Notes: generated by a model not told the origin, from the sequence alone. A stretch of 63,883 nucleotides of DNA, filler included, from Octopus bimaculoides (GCF_001194135.2; 7 parts of 6 records of this genome joined end to end with filler, not necessarily neighbours in it); one strand, 5' to 3'; numbered from the whole stretch's first letter, positions 24,201-35,817 are shown. A program made the numbers and translations.

Positions 24201-25433
24201 ACAGAGCTGTGTACCCGAAAGATAAAATCAATTTTTGATAAATTGTTACCTACAGAAAAATTTTACTGGGAAAATTCAAGAAGCACAACAAAGTATTTTA
24301 ATGTGGGAGATAAAGTTCATTTCAAAATATATAAGAATGGAAGACAATGTTGGGAGGATGGTATAGTAATGAAAAGAATAACATACGTAATAAAAGGTCA
24401 AAGAGGAGAACACAAATGATATTTGATCCAGTTGAAGATTAGACATACCGAAAAAAGAGAAGAAATGCCAATAGAAGTTTGTTATGACTTGTTCAATGTT
24501 CCAGCGCCAAAAGAGTTTGAACCTAGGTGGATCAGCAATAGAAAATATAAACAAGCAGAATGACTGGAGACAGTCCCTAAGTGAAAGAAGTATTAAAACT
24601 TCTGAGGAAATTAAAGTCTCAAAAAGAGAAGTGATGAAGAAAAATAGAATAAAATTAAATAAACAAGTTGCACTTCCTACAGAAGTCAAATCTCAAAAGA
24701 GGATCCCCACACCCCCTATGAGAATGGACTAGCCAAACTCGTATAAGTAGCAGCATGTTTGACTGAGAGCAAGATATGGGAAATTGCTGGAAGCTGGAAA
24801 GTGTTGTTTATGAGTTCGTGAAGTCGCAGTAAATTGTTGAGAAGTTGTACTTTTTTGAGAGCTGTTTTGGATTGGTTACAGTTGTTAGCAGAGTATTTGG
24901 GAATACATCAAGTGGAGACAGTTGGTGTCTACTCCGTACCATGGTACTATATATCACAATGTATTAGTGCACAACACTAAGGTGAGATATACAGACATCG
25001 TGTTATATAATTGATATGATTGGTGTGTCCTGGAGCTCCTACCAACGAATTTTGAGTGAAGAATTGCAAATGAAAAGAGTTGCAGCAAAAATTTGGTCCT
25101 CACTTGCTCACAGAAGATCAAAAACAGTCATGACCAAATGTGTGTCATGAACTGAAAGAACAGTTGGAAGTTGATCTGGACCTTTTTTCAAAGGTCATCA
25201 CTGGTGATGAAAGTTGGAAGTATGGAATTTGCAGATGTGGAAGAAGTGAAGAAAAAAATGACAGCGGCATTAAAAGGCATCACTTTGCAAGAGTTCCAAC
25301 AGTGGAAAACGCGTCTGGACTGATGCATTGCTTCAAATGGAGAATTCTTAGAAGGTGATAAAAGTGTAAACATGTAAAACTAAATGAATAAAATAATATT
25401 GCAAAATTCCAGTTTCTTTTGGGTACCCCCTCG
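21285..25433 (+). mobile_element. Mariner element, internally deleted, split by a Gypsy insertion
   Basis: TIRs CAAGGAGGTGCCCAAAAG / CTTTTGGGTACCCCCTCG; frame MTETKEQCASVRFCFLLGK..TIDEIVD rejoins MIGVSWSSYQRILSEELQMKRVAAK and ITGDESW after the insertion. Confidence 0.9.
21760..25010 (+). mobile_element. Gypsy LTR retrotransposon lacking RT/RNase H
   Basis: LTRs ~21760-22080 and ~24703-25010; TSD TTGAT on both sides; PBS-like TGGCAATGAG; PPT AAAAGAGGA; gag (FRRYKEIF..WTDDEKVRLL.RKLG), protease LQLDTGSDITII, integrase HPGISR..MRSYVYWP, IVDSYTKW, VSDNRMQF, NGPAERFV. Confidence 0.92.
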
Positions 25434-25526
25434 CATGTACGTACATACATACATATGTACAAACATACATACATACATACATACATACATACATACATAC
25501 ACACATATATATATATATATATATAT

Positions 25527-26750
25527 TAGTACGATCGAATGGTAATCAAAAGGTATCCTGTTCTCACTCACACAATAAATTTAAAAGTAAAAATCCTGTC
25601 TGGCTCAATATTCCTTTCAACTGTGCAGTATCCACTAATATATACAGAAAACTTATGGCTATTTTACAAAAAAATTTCCCTTCTTCCCACAGATATACTA
25701 GAATCTTTTCATGTAATACAGTCCGAATCTCATACTAATATAGGTATAATCATAGCTAGGTTAAATAGAAAGAACATAAGATTAGCCAGAATCGTTGAAA
25801 TTAAGAATGGTAGTAATAGTTATAGAAATGTCAATAATAATTTAATCAATGTCAATAATAATATTACCAATAACTATAGAAATGGAAGTGGAAATAACAA
25901 TGGCAATAGCAATTATGAAGGTAACAGCAATATCCTTAGTTCTGTCAACCATAACTTAAACCAACATAATGAATATAGTAGTACTGATGCTGGAAGTACA
26001 ATTGAAATAAATAGTAGTAGCATCTCTAATGATAATAATGTGAATTATGGGTCTAGTTCATATATGGAAAGAGATAATATTAGTACACCTGATGCTGCAG
26101 GAATGATTCTATCTGATAGCATGTTGGAAATGGAGTTAGATAGTAATAGAAGTGATCATAATAAACCTGATAACAGAATTAATAATAGGGGAAATAATAT
26201 CAATGCAAATAATTGTAACAACAATAATTTAAATCTTGGTAATAATATTGGTGTTGTTGATAGTTGCAATTGTAGAAATAAGTCCCGTTGTCCGTTATTA
26301 GGCCGATGTCTCACCAGAAACGTAGTATATAAATGCACAATAAGTACTATAACTGATAATTATATTTACTTGGGATGTACGATTAATTTGAAACAGCATA
26401 TATATAACCACCTGTCATCTTTTAGACTTAAACATAAGGCTAATTGTACATCATTATCAAATAAAATTTGGGAATTAAAGGAAAGTGGTACCAGTTTTAG
26501 CCTTAAATGGGAAATTATAAGAAAAACCCAACCTTATAGAAATAGCAGATATGGATGTCAATTATGTTCCATGGAAACATATGAAATTTTTAAACTTAGA
26601 AACAATACTAACCTGATTAATAACAGATTAGACCTTAGAGTATTGTGTGTACACTGTTCCACTCGCACCTTTAAATATTTTAAAAAGTAGCAAACTTATA
26701 AATAATGGTATTTTAACATCTACCATGTTTATCTTAGGCTATAATTAGTA
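25527..26750 (+). mobile_element. Penelope-like element 3' part (thumb, Asn-rich linker, GIY-YIG), starting at a (TA)n tract
   Basis: An alternative frame gives KSKNPVWLNIPFNCAVSTNIYRKL..NFP..H.YTRIFSCNTVRISY (RT thumb), followed by CNCRNKSRCPLLGRC, VVY..YIYLG, NHLSSF, TSLSNKIWELK and CQLC. Confidence 0.9.
25539..26690 (+). CDS. Open 383-codon frame: Asn-rich linker plus GIY-YIG endonuclease of a Penelope-like element
   Basis: Stop-free track ORF; roughly the first 65 codons are out of frame relative to the thumb, so expression is doubtful. Confidence 0.45.
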   Translation: MVIKRYPVLTHTINLKVKILSGSIFLSTVQYPLIYTENLWLFYKKISLLPTDILESFHVIQSESHTNIGIIIARLNRKNIRLARIVEIKNGSNSYRNVNNNLINVNNNITNNYRNGSGNNNGNSNYEGNSNILSSVNHNLNQHNEYSSTDAGSTIEINSSSISNDNNVNYGSSSYMERDNISTPDAAGMILSDSMLEMELDSNRSDHNKPDNRINNRGNNINANNCNNNNLNLGNNIGVVDSCNCRNKSRCPLLGRCLTRNVVYKCTISTITDNYIYLGCTINLKQHIYNHLSSFRLKHKANCTSLSNKIWELKESGTSFSLKWEIIRKTQPYRNSRYGCQLCSMETYEIFKLRNNTNLINNRLDLRVLCVHCSTRTFKYFKK

Positions 26751-26759
26751 CATATTTAA

Positions 26760-27678
26760 GACCCAACCAGCAAAAAACCAGAGAAGCTTGACATCAACTA
26801 GCTAGCAAATGTGAAACACTGATTGCTGCCATCATGGCTGCAGTCAAAGATACAATAGTTAGCTGAAATGGATTGAATGGCATTAAGGATCATTGGCAGG
26901 TGTTAAAGAAGGCAGTCTTTTCTGCTGCTAAGGAGATCCTTGGGATCTCTCAGTATAAAACACCAAATTGGTTCAGAGAGCATGGAGAGGAGATCTGGAA
27001 GCTGCTAGACAAAAAGCAACACCTACACCAGTGACATCTGCAGGAGAACTCAGAGAGGGTCACTTTTGCTAAAATCAAGTTCAAAATGCAGAAAGAAATG
27101 AGAATGCTGAAGAATGACTGGTGGTGCAGATGGGTAGAAGCTTTGCAGAACATGGTTGACAAGCATGACAACCACGGGATGTTTACAAGACTGAAAGCCA
27201 TCTATGGTCCCAGGAGGAATGCAGATGGGAGCAGACTGCATGACAATGTCCAGGAGATCAGAGCTAGGTGGAAGGAGCATTCCTGTAACCTGCTCAATCA
27301 GCAAGGATCTGTTCAACCAGATGTCTGCAAATGCTAGAAAGGCACAAGGGATGAAGTGACTTCTGCCATGAGATCACCATGAAGGAGCTGAAGGCCATAG
27401 CAAGCCACAATGCACCAGGCCTGGATGGTATTTCCTCAGACATGCTCAAAAGAGGTGGGCAAAAACTTCACAATGAACTGTTGAGGCTGTACAACTCTTG
27501 TCTTTCTAATGAGTGTGTACCCTAAAACTTCAAGGATACCCTGATGATCACCATTTACAAAAAGGAGGGGAATCAAACAGAATGTGGAGACCACCAGGGC
27601 ATTTCTCTGCTGGCTATTGTAGGCAAAATGCTGGTGAAAAACATCTCAGAGCAGGTCTTAGCAGAAAGTAATTGTTGC
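26760..27678 (+). mobile_element. RTE-clade LINE fragment (linker and start of RT)
   Basis: NWFREHGEEI..LL, LQNMVDKHD..MFTRLKAIYGP, RARWKEH..NLLN, PGLDGISSDMLKRGG, TIYKKEG..ECGDHQGISLLAIVGK. Confidence 0.85.
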
Positions 27679-27679
27679 A

Positions 27680-28487
27680 TTGACTATCACAGAGACAGTT
27701 GAGCAGAGAATGTCCATCAAATTTTACCAAAAGCTTGGTGATACCTGCTCAGAGACCTACGTAAAGTTTTCAAAAAGTTTTCATTGTTCGCGACACCATC
27801 AAGATCTTGTGCTACTGAAACCCGAGTATCTTTTTGGTCAGCTGAAAGTGGTTTTGGCACAAACTCGGCAGACATGTGTCTCATACCCAAATCTTCAGAG
27901 ATAGTGGACTGAACTGAACTGTAACTAATCTGCACATCTTCTGATAACTCAGAGACGGTGATTTAACAATTTCTCATCACAGCTGCACACACATCTGCGA
28001 TGTTTTTCTCAGTTCTGCTGGCTGTGAATCTCCCAGAACATTCATCAATATCAACATGTTCAGCCATCTTGGAAACATCTGAACCACTCGTACACTTATG
28101 TGCAGCTCATACACTCCTCTCCATACACTTTCTGCAATTTTGCATAGGCCTCTGAGCAGGTAGCACCATGACAACTTTCTCTGTCATGGTCAATGTGATG
28201 ATCACACGTTACACACCTTCCTTCCAAGCACTGCTGTAAACAGCAGAAGTGAGCTACAATGTTAAAACTTAGTGCACATGCACAACAGAGTNNNNNNNNN
28301 NTGATGATCACACGTTACACACCTTCCTTCCAAGCACTGCTGTAAACAGCAGAAGTGAGCTACAATGTTAAAACTTAGTGCACATGCACAACAGAGTTCA
28401 AGGTCAATCTGTGCCAAGCAGCTTCACTCTGTGTGCTTTAGCTTCGTTACTATGGCAACAGTCCAGATACTTATTGATCAGACCTCA
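27680..28487 (-). mobile_element. Mariner 5' half (minus strand) fused to an inverted N-terminal fragment
   Basis: TIR TATGAGGTCTGATCAATAAGT at the right end; minus frame CSEAYAKLQKVYGEEC..SEDLGMRHMSAEFVP; plus fragment TETVEQRMSIKFYQKLG at 27680-27765. Confidence 0.8.
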
Positions 28488-29149
28488 TATATATGTGTCT
28501 ATTGTATTTATACATGTATGTGTCCATTTGGGTGTTTGCCTGTATGTGATTAACAGTGGATGTGTGTATGAGATTGGTGTATGTATGTGGATGCACATAT
28601 GAATGTATGTATGTAAAGAGAATGTAACTATGAAAGCATATATTTCCACTATATTTTTCACAATTGTTTTCTCATTTATTATTAGTACCTTTAAAATATT
28701 CAAGTCTTTTTCTGAACTTGCCTCTGTGTGTGTGTGTGTGTGCGCGCGCGCGCGCGAGTGTGTGTGTGTGTGCGCGCGTGCGCGTGTGTATGTGTGCATG
28801 TGCACTCATGTGAGTGTGTGTAGACATGGGTGTGCAAGTATGTATTTGTGTGTGTGTGAATGTGTTTGCAAGTGTATATGTATGTGTATGTGTGTTATCT
28901 TTTTATGAATGTAAGCCTGTAGTCATAGATATTTATGTGAAGTGTTTATTTGATATTTATTCATCTTTTCCATTTAAATTATTTTAATTCTGTATTTATT
29001 ATAAACAACTTACTTTTACTGTAAACAAATGTTTAATCTTTTTATTTCTTATTTTACCCACTTTAATCTATAACATAAATGAAAGTTCTTGATTATGTAT
29101 GTCCACCTAAAACTCAGAAACTAGTCAATGGACATCCACAAAATTATGT

Positions 29150-32100
29150 ATATATATTCACTACATCACCAAGCAAGTGATAGTAAAAATTGTCATGCTT
29201 GCAAATGCGAAGTCTTTCCCAGCTGAAGAATGTACAACCCAGCACATTACTAGTAAGTGACTTCAGAATTAGAGCTTGAAAGGCTTGGAGAAATAAACCA
29301 CTCTGGAAAAGACTCAGAAGACAGACACAATTTTAAAGATATCCCAATGGAGGTTTCAGATGAAAGAAAAGAAGAATTGAGGGCATATGGCTTAGAAGAC
29401 AATTGGATGTTCCTGCAAGACTATCTACTGAGGGTGACATGATGGTGGAACAAGGGGATAGACAATGCCACAAAAGCAAAGAGACAGGCCAGGAAGGACT
29501 GGAAAAACAGTGGAAGCAGAGAATTATATCAGGTAGTCAGAAGAGCAGCTAGGTGACAGGCTTACATAACAAAAGGAATAACAGAAGGCAAGAGATTTGC
29601 CAATGTTCTACAGCATGAGGATCAGAGGCATGAAGTGTTCAGAATTACAAAGTAGTGTGTCAGAGAGAATAGAGATGTGGTAGATGAGAAATGTGTGCAA
29701 ATGGATAATGGTACGCTTGTACTTAGTGACTCAGAGAAGAAAGATGCATAGAAGTGTCACTCAGGGCTGGCCCTAGGGTTGCTGGTGCCCTAGGCAAGCT
29801 GAACTTCGGTGTGTACAAGCTGACAGGCATGGAAATTTCTTTGTCTTTGTCACATCCTGCTTGGCACCCCAGACAACTGCCTGAGTTGCTGATACCTTGA
29901 GCTAGCCCTGGTGTCACTATGAAAGGTTACTAAATGTAGAAAATGTATGAGAGAAGGAAAGTCTTTCAAATATAGAACCAACTGAGGGACCAACCATCAG
30001 AGTTCATAGCAGTATAATAGATAAGGCAATTAAAGATATGAAGACAGGGCAAAACCCCTGGACCATCAGGAATCACTGCCAAGAGGATTAAAATATCTGG
30101 TAGTGTAGGAGACAGTCTAGTCACTTACATAGTTAATCAGGCTATTCAGGATGGCATCATCCCCAGTGACTGGTGTAGTAGTATTGTAGTTAGCTGCTCG
30201 AGGATAAAGGTGATGCCTTAGATAGAAACAACTACAGAGGTATCAAATTGTTGGAGCAGGTCATGAAAGTTATAGAGAGAGTTATAGCTCAATTGATTAG
30301 AAATAGAATTAAACTAGATGAGATGCAATTTGGTTTTGTGAGACAGCTGCAGGAAAAGTATTTGGCCAAAAGTACTTGGCTTTTGTCAACCTGGAGAAAG
30401 CTTCTGACAGAGCCCCTCACTCTCTTATCTGTTGGTTTCTAATGGAGCTAGGACTAGATGAGTGGTTTGTTAGAGCTGTACAAGCTATGACCAGCAGTGC
30501 TGTCAGTAGGGTGAGAGTTGGCCATGAATACAGGGATGGATTTAGTGCACTAGTAGGGGCTCACCAGGGCTCAGTTCTCAGTTCACTCTTATTCATCTTA
30601 GTCTTGCAGGCCGTAACAGAGGAATTCAAAATGAGATGCTTGTGGGAACTACAATATACTGATGATGTTGCTCTTATTGCAGAATCTGTAGCAGAATTGG
30701 TGAAGAAATTCAAGGTATGGAAGCAAAATTTGGAATCAAAGGGCTTTAAAGTTAACCTAGCTAAGACAAAAGTTGTTGTTAGCAAGAAAGCTAATAAAAC
30801 TCTCTTTCCATCAGGTAAATGGCCCTGCTCAATATGTAGGAAAGGAGTTGGAAGTAATGCCATTTTCTGCATCCAGTGTAAGCTTTGGACACACAAGAGG
30901 TGCAGTGGAATCACAGGTAGATTAACAGATAAAGTCATCTTAGTATGTGGCAGATGTGCAGGAACAATAAGCACTAAGGGCACAAGGGAATTAGACTTTC
31001 TCGAGGTTGTAGATAGTTTCTGTTACCTAGGTTACCAAATTAGCAATGGTGGAGGATGTTCTGAAAGTATTGTTTCTAAAATAAGAATAGAATGGAGGAA
31101 GTTCAGAGAGCTATTACTTTTGTTGGCAACAAAAGAACTCTCTTTCAGAGTGAAAGATAGATTGCATGATGCTTGTGCATGAGTGATTATACTCCACAGT
31201 AGTGAGGCAAGGGCTCTGAATGCAGAAGACATGCATAGATTGAAGAGAAATGAAGGTAGTATGCCTTGCTGGATGTGCAACATCAGTATACTTGTATGAC
31301 AAACTTCAAATGTTAAGAGAAAAGTTGGGCATAAGAAGAATCAGAGAGAAAATTCTGTTGGTTTGGACATGTATATGAATGAAGACAGTTGTATAAAAAA
31401 AGTGCTGATCACTGAAAGTGGATAGCACCTGTGGAAGAGGGAGACCCTGGAAGAAAAGGAATGAAGTGGTGAGGACCGATCTCAGAATGTTGGGCCTCAT
31501 GGAAGTGATGACAATGGATTGAGATGTCTGGCAATATGAAATTCTTGAGAAGATCCACCCTTCAGCAAAACTGAGTTCTAGACACACTGTGGGCTCCATC
31601 CACAAGTAAGAACAAAAAAACTTTCTCCAACTCAACCCCAACAAACCAAACTACATCTCTTCTCTTCCTCACATTTCCTCTTTTCATACACTACACTTAT
31701 GCTTATCGCTTGCTTTGCAAACCTGTCCTCACAGCCCTGCTCACTATCATTGCTATCCTATTGTTCTCCACCTCCTCTATATACCCAGGTTTCACCAGTC
31801 ATTGCATTCTCCACCCTCATACTCTTTGCATTTATGTAAAGTCTCTACTCCCACTCATGCACCTTGGCAATACCCTAACCATTTATATTCTGACCCCGTA
31901 TCTTCAGGGGGGGGGGTCCTTCCACTTTGCTATCGCTTATCTTTCCCTGGCTCTTTACTATTCCATTTATATTTGGATTCCTGTTCCTTGTAAACATGCC
32001 CTGGCACTTCACCACCATCTCTCTCCTGCTCTCTTCCACTCTGCCTCTTTCTCTTGCTCCCTTCCACTCTCTCTTTCTCTATCCCTCTACAGCAACACAC

Positions 32101-32540
32101 CCATTACTGGCCTCAGTCTTGGTCACTCCTTCTCTTTCTCTCCCTCTCTAACCATGTATCTCCTCTACAAGACACTTGTTTCTGTCTCTGTCACACTCTA
32201 ACCTTTCATCACCTCCTGCAATGACACCTCTCTTCTCAAAGGATCTTTGTCTTGCAAGTTACTTAGTGACCCTGCCAGTGCTGGTACCACATGAAAAGCA
32301 TCCAGTCCACACTGTAAAGTGGTTGGCGTTTGGAAGGGCATCCAGCTGTGAGAAAACCATGCCAAAACTTACCTCAGTCCACTTTGTAGAGTGGTTGCTG
32401 TTAGGAAGGGCATCCAGTCATAAAAACTATTCCAAAACAGACAGCGACTTATGGTGCAGTCTTCTGCCTAACCAGCTCATGTCAAACTGTCCAACCCCTC
32501 CCAGCATAGAAAGCAGATGTTAAATGATGATGATTATGAT
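29150..32540 (+). mobile_element. RTE-clade LINE, 5' truncated, with a PHD finger in RT and a long CT-rich 3' UTR
   Basis: AKSFPAEECTTQH (APE end), NYRGIKLLEQVMKVIERV, MQFGF, AFVNLEKA.DR, HQGSVLS.LLF, YTDD, VDSFCYLG; ends in a (GAT)n tail shared with 63441-63883. Confidence 0.88.
29762..29910. mobile_element. hAT-type MITE (149 bp) inserted in the RTE
   Basis: Imperfect TIRs CAGGGCTGGCCCTAGG / CCTTGAGCTAGCCCTG; exact 8-bp TSD GTGTCACT; removing it restores KCHYERLLNVEN. Confidence 0.92.
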
Positions 32541-33277
32541 GTATACATTTCCATATGCATATAAAAAAATCAGGCCATTTTGTTTTATCTGTCTCCATTC
32601 TGTTGAGAAGGATGAGAGAAAGAGAAAGAAAGAACAGAGTGAAACAGAGAAAAGATAAGAGAAGAAAAAAGAGAGACAAAGAATAGGAGAGAGAAAAAGA
32701 ACAGGAGAAAGAGAGGTGTGGGAGAAAGAAAGAAAGAAATCAGAAAAGATGAGGGAGAGATGCAATCAATAGAATTGAGAGAAAGATATATATATATATA
32801 TATAAAATGAATGACCATACTTAAGCAAACATCGAAGAGTAAACAGTATGTGTATTTCTTGCTTCCCAATGTCTGTGTCCTTTTACTCTTTCTTCTTCTC
32901 TCTCTCCCACTCTCTTAAGTTAAGGAATGCAGACGTGTGTGTGTGTGTGCGTGTGCGTGCGTGTGTGTGTGTGTGTGTTCTTTAACTCTTATGCTCTCTT
33001 TCTCTTAAGTTAAAGAAAGCGATTGACGTATATTTCATTACACTCAGCCTCAGGCTGATACTACATATGTTAGAAACACCGATCATCTCTTCAGTTTACC
33101 ACTGGCAAAATCAATTTGATATAAAGCAAAAAATATTTTAATCATGTTTTATAGTTATTTTGGAAAAAAACAAATTTGTCTGACAACCCAATGCCTTCTG
33201 AAATCTCAACATTTTCTACATATGTCTAAAACTAACTATACACTGTACACATTCAGATAAATAGTTCATTGCAACAA

Positions 33278-34200
33278 CATTACTGAGGTTGGTGTTTGTC
33301 ATGGATAGTTTGGTTGCAGAAGCTCAAACATGTGCAATCCCCAAAAGATCCATTTGCAACAACCTCCACCTCATGCATTACATCAATGAGGAAATGGACA
33401 GCACATCTGGCATTGGTAGGACTCTGATCAATTTGGATCAGTTCAAAGATTTCAATAAGGTCAACCATCACTACTTGGCAGCAGTCCTAAAAGTAGCCAG
33501 TTTCAGATCCATTTTCAGTGGCTGGATTACAGCAATGCACATAGGTGCTTGCTCAGTCATAAAAGTAAATGGCCATTTCTCAGAACTGTTTCATATCTCA
33601 TGCTCAATCCATTAGGAGTATCCTCTCACATCTTCTTTATGTTCCAGCACTAGAGCCCTTGAAGCAGCTGAAACTCTTCAAAAGTATTTCCTTCAAACTG
33701 AGATGTGGGAGGGCTGTGTCAGCATATGTGGATGACATCGCATTCATAATGCCAGACACCGTGGAAGTTTAGGTTGTCAGTTCCATTTTAAAGGAATACC
33801 AGGTGATGGCAGGGGCTAAGATAAATATGAGTGAGTATGCAGGCCTGCGACTTGGCAACTGGAGGAGCAAGACTATGTCAATGAACAGTATTGTAGATCA
33901 ATGGACAGAGAGATCAGTCAAATTGCATGGTGTCTGGTTTGGCCTGGATTTGGAGGTGGACAAGAACTAGGATGACATTACGGAGTGGCCAGTCTCACTC
34001 AGAAATGGGCCAAGAGGAAGTTATCCTTGAAAGGTTGAGCAGAGGAGGTGAATGTGCACATCACCTCTTTAATAACTTATTGCCTGACTGTTGTTCCTTG
34101 CCCCAGTCCATATCTGGCCAAACTGGAGTGTTTACTTTTTCAATTCTTGTGGAAAGGATGCATTCCATTGGTCAGGTGGTTCATCTGTTGCCAAATCTTT
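33278..34200 (+). mobile_element. Tx1/L1-clade LINE RT fragment
   Basis: LVAEAQTCAIPKRSI..NLHLM, LINLDQ.KDFNKVNH.YL, VIKVNGHFS, ALEPL, VSAYVDD. Confidence 0.8.
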
Positions 34201-34239
34201 ATATTTCCTGAGCTTGTCAAATTCTTTTGCTGAGATATT

Positions 34240-34700
34240 ATGATTACAAGGAATACTCATATCAATCAATAAACTGACTTTTAGTCTTTCACAACAATAT
34301 CTAGTTATTAATTTTGATAGTTTGGTCTGTATGTACAGGTAAGTCCTAAAGAGTCATTACATTTTGTCCCTCGGTTTGGTACTTATACTACTCTTGATTT
34401 TATAATGTCGCTAACTCTGTCATGTCTTGATTTATACTCCACTGGTGTTAAAACTTTACATGCAGAGTTTAGGTGGTTCACTGTTTCAATCTCATCATTG
34501 CAGAATTGGCACTTTGGATCTACTCCATTTATCATCATATTGGCTTGGTAGTTCCAGGTCAATAAGCTTTGATCTTGAGCAGCTAAATTGAAATTTTTGC
34601 TCTCTGCCTTTAGCTCTATGCTACCTTCTTTCAGATTATTTTAACTTTTTGTTCTGCTTCAAGCAAGAAATACATGTGTGCTGGGTGAAATGGTTGGTTC
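34240..34700 (-). mobile_element. R4/Dong-like LINE fragment (CCHC knuckle plus restriction-like endonuclease)
   Basis: LKAES..F.LAAQDQSL, KCQFCNDEIETVNHLNSACKVL..EYKSRHDRV, then degenerate TD..I..N.xDIV and LID motifs. Confidence 0.7.
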
Positions 34701-35739
34701 CTGGATTTTCAACCAGGGATTGAAACCTTAGCCTAAATGTTTCGGCTAGCTTTTTTCCTTTATTCTGTCAATTTCCTGATTGCTTGAGTAATCAGGAAGA
34801 TTACAGTCAAGATAACCAATAAAAAATCATTTGTTCTAACCTACTTTAGCTAAGAAATTATTATAAACGCAGAACCCAAATACAATGCTTTCTCTTTCAT
34901 TTGGCTCCTTGCTGGAAGTACATGTCTTACATTTAACAGCATTAACATGCTTCTCTCTTTCATCTGGCACCTTGCAGGAGGTTCATGCCTGCTGTTCTTA
35001 CCACTGTCAACCCCACCCCTCTCTTTACTAATGGCTAACACAGTGGTAACATGTTTCTCTTACCCTCTCTTCTCTACAGTCTAGAGAGGTAGATTCTCTT
35101 ATTTTTCTTCTTCTGTCCCTTTTTTTCTTTTGGTCACTTAGCAGTAAACAACAAAATGACCACAGCAACCAACATGAATGACAACAGAACTTCTACTAAT
35201 CTTTATGCAACAACAACCCAAAGCATTTGTTTTATATTATAACAGTAAATAAAGACCATTTTAACTATTATCTATTTCTTGTCACTTATATCAATCAGCA
35301 GTGCATCCATTAACCAGCAACCTCATAGAGAAATTAACTATGAGGTCTTTTTATAACTGGAAACTACATATCAGAAACACAATGATTCTAACCAACATAC
35401 GAAACCATTACAAGTGTAATAATAAGCTAAAGTTGAAAACAAGATATTTTCAGTAATTGGGCAGTGGAATATCATGGAATATATGAAGTAGAATAAGTGG
35501 AATAAATGTATATACAAATACATCAATTGCATTAATTATAAATTGATGACAGATAGCATATTATATATATTGATTAGATTTACCAATGAGCAAAAAGAGA
35601 AAATTAATTTAATCATCAGAATTTATGGTGCATTGTGAGACAAAGAAGACAGCTGAATGAACTATTGAATACCAAAAAAAAAAAATAATAAATAAACAGA
35701 ATGACTTCAACAGTTTGACATGGTTAAGTGTAACTCGCA

Positions 35740-35788
<49 letters not shown>

Positions 35789-35817
35789 TGTATGTATGTA
35801 TGTATATATATATATAT

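Noticed and set aside
25539-25740. Idea that the 383-aa ORF is a novel RT-less endonuclease gene with its own N-terminal domain
   Set aside because: The first ~200 bp encode the Penelope RT thumb (WLNIPF..TNIYRK..TVRISY) in another frame, so this is a 5'-truncated copy with a frameshift.
28196-28397. 96-bp direct repeat
   Set aside because: The two identical copies flank a 10-N gap, typical of unmerged contig overlap.
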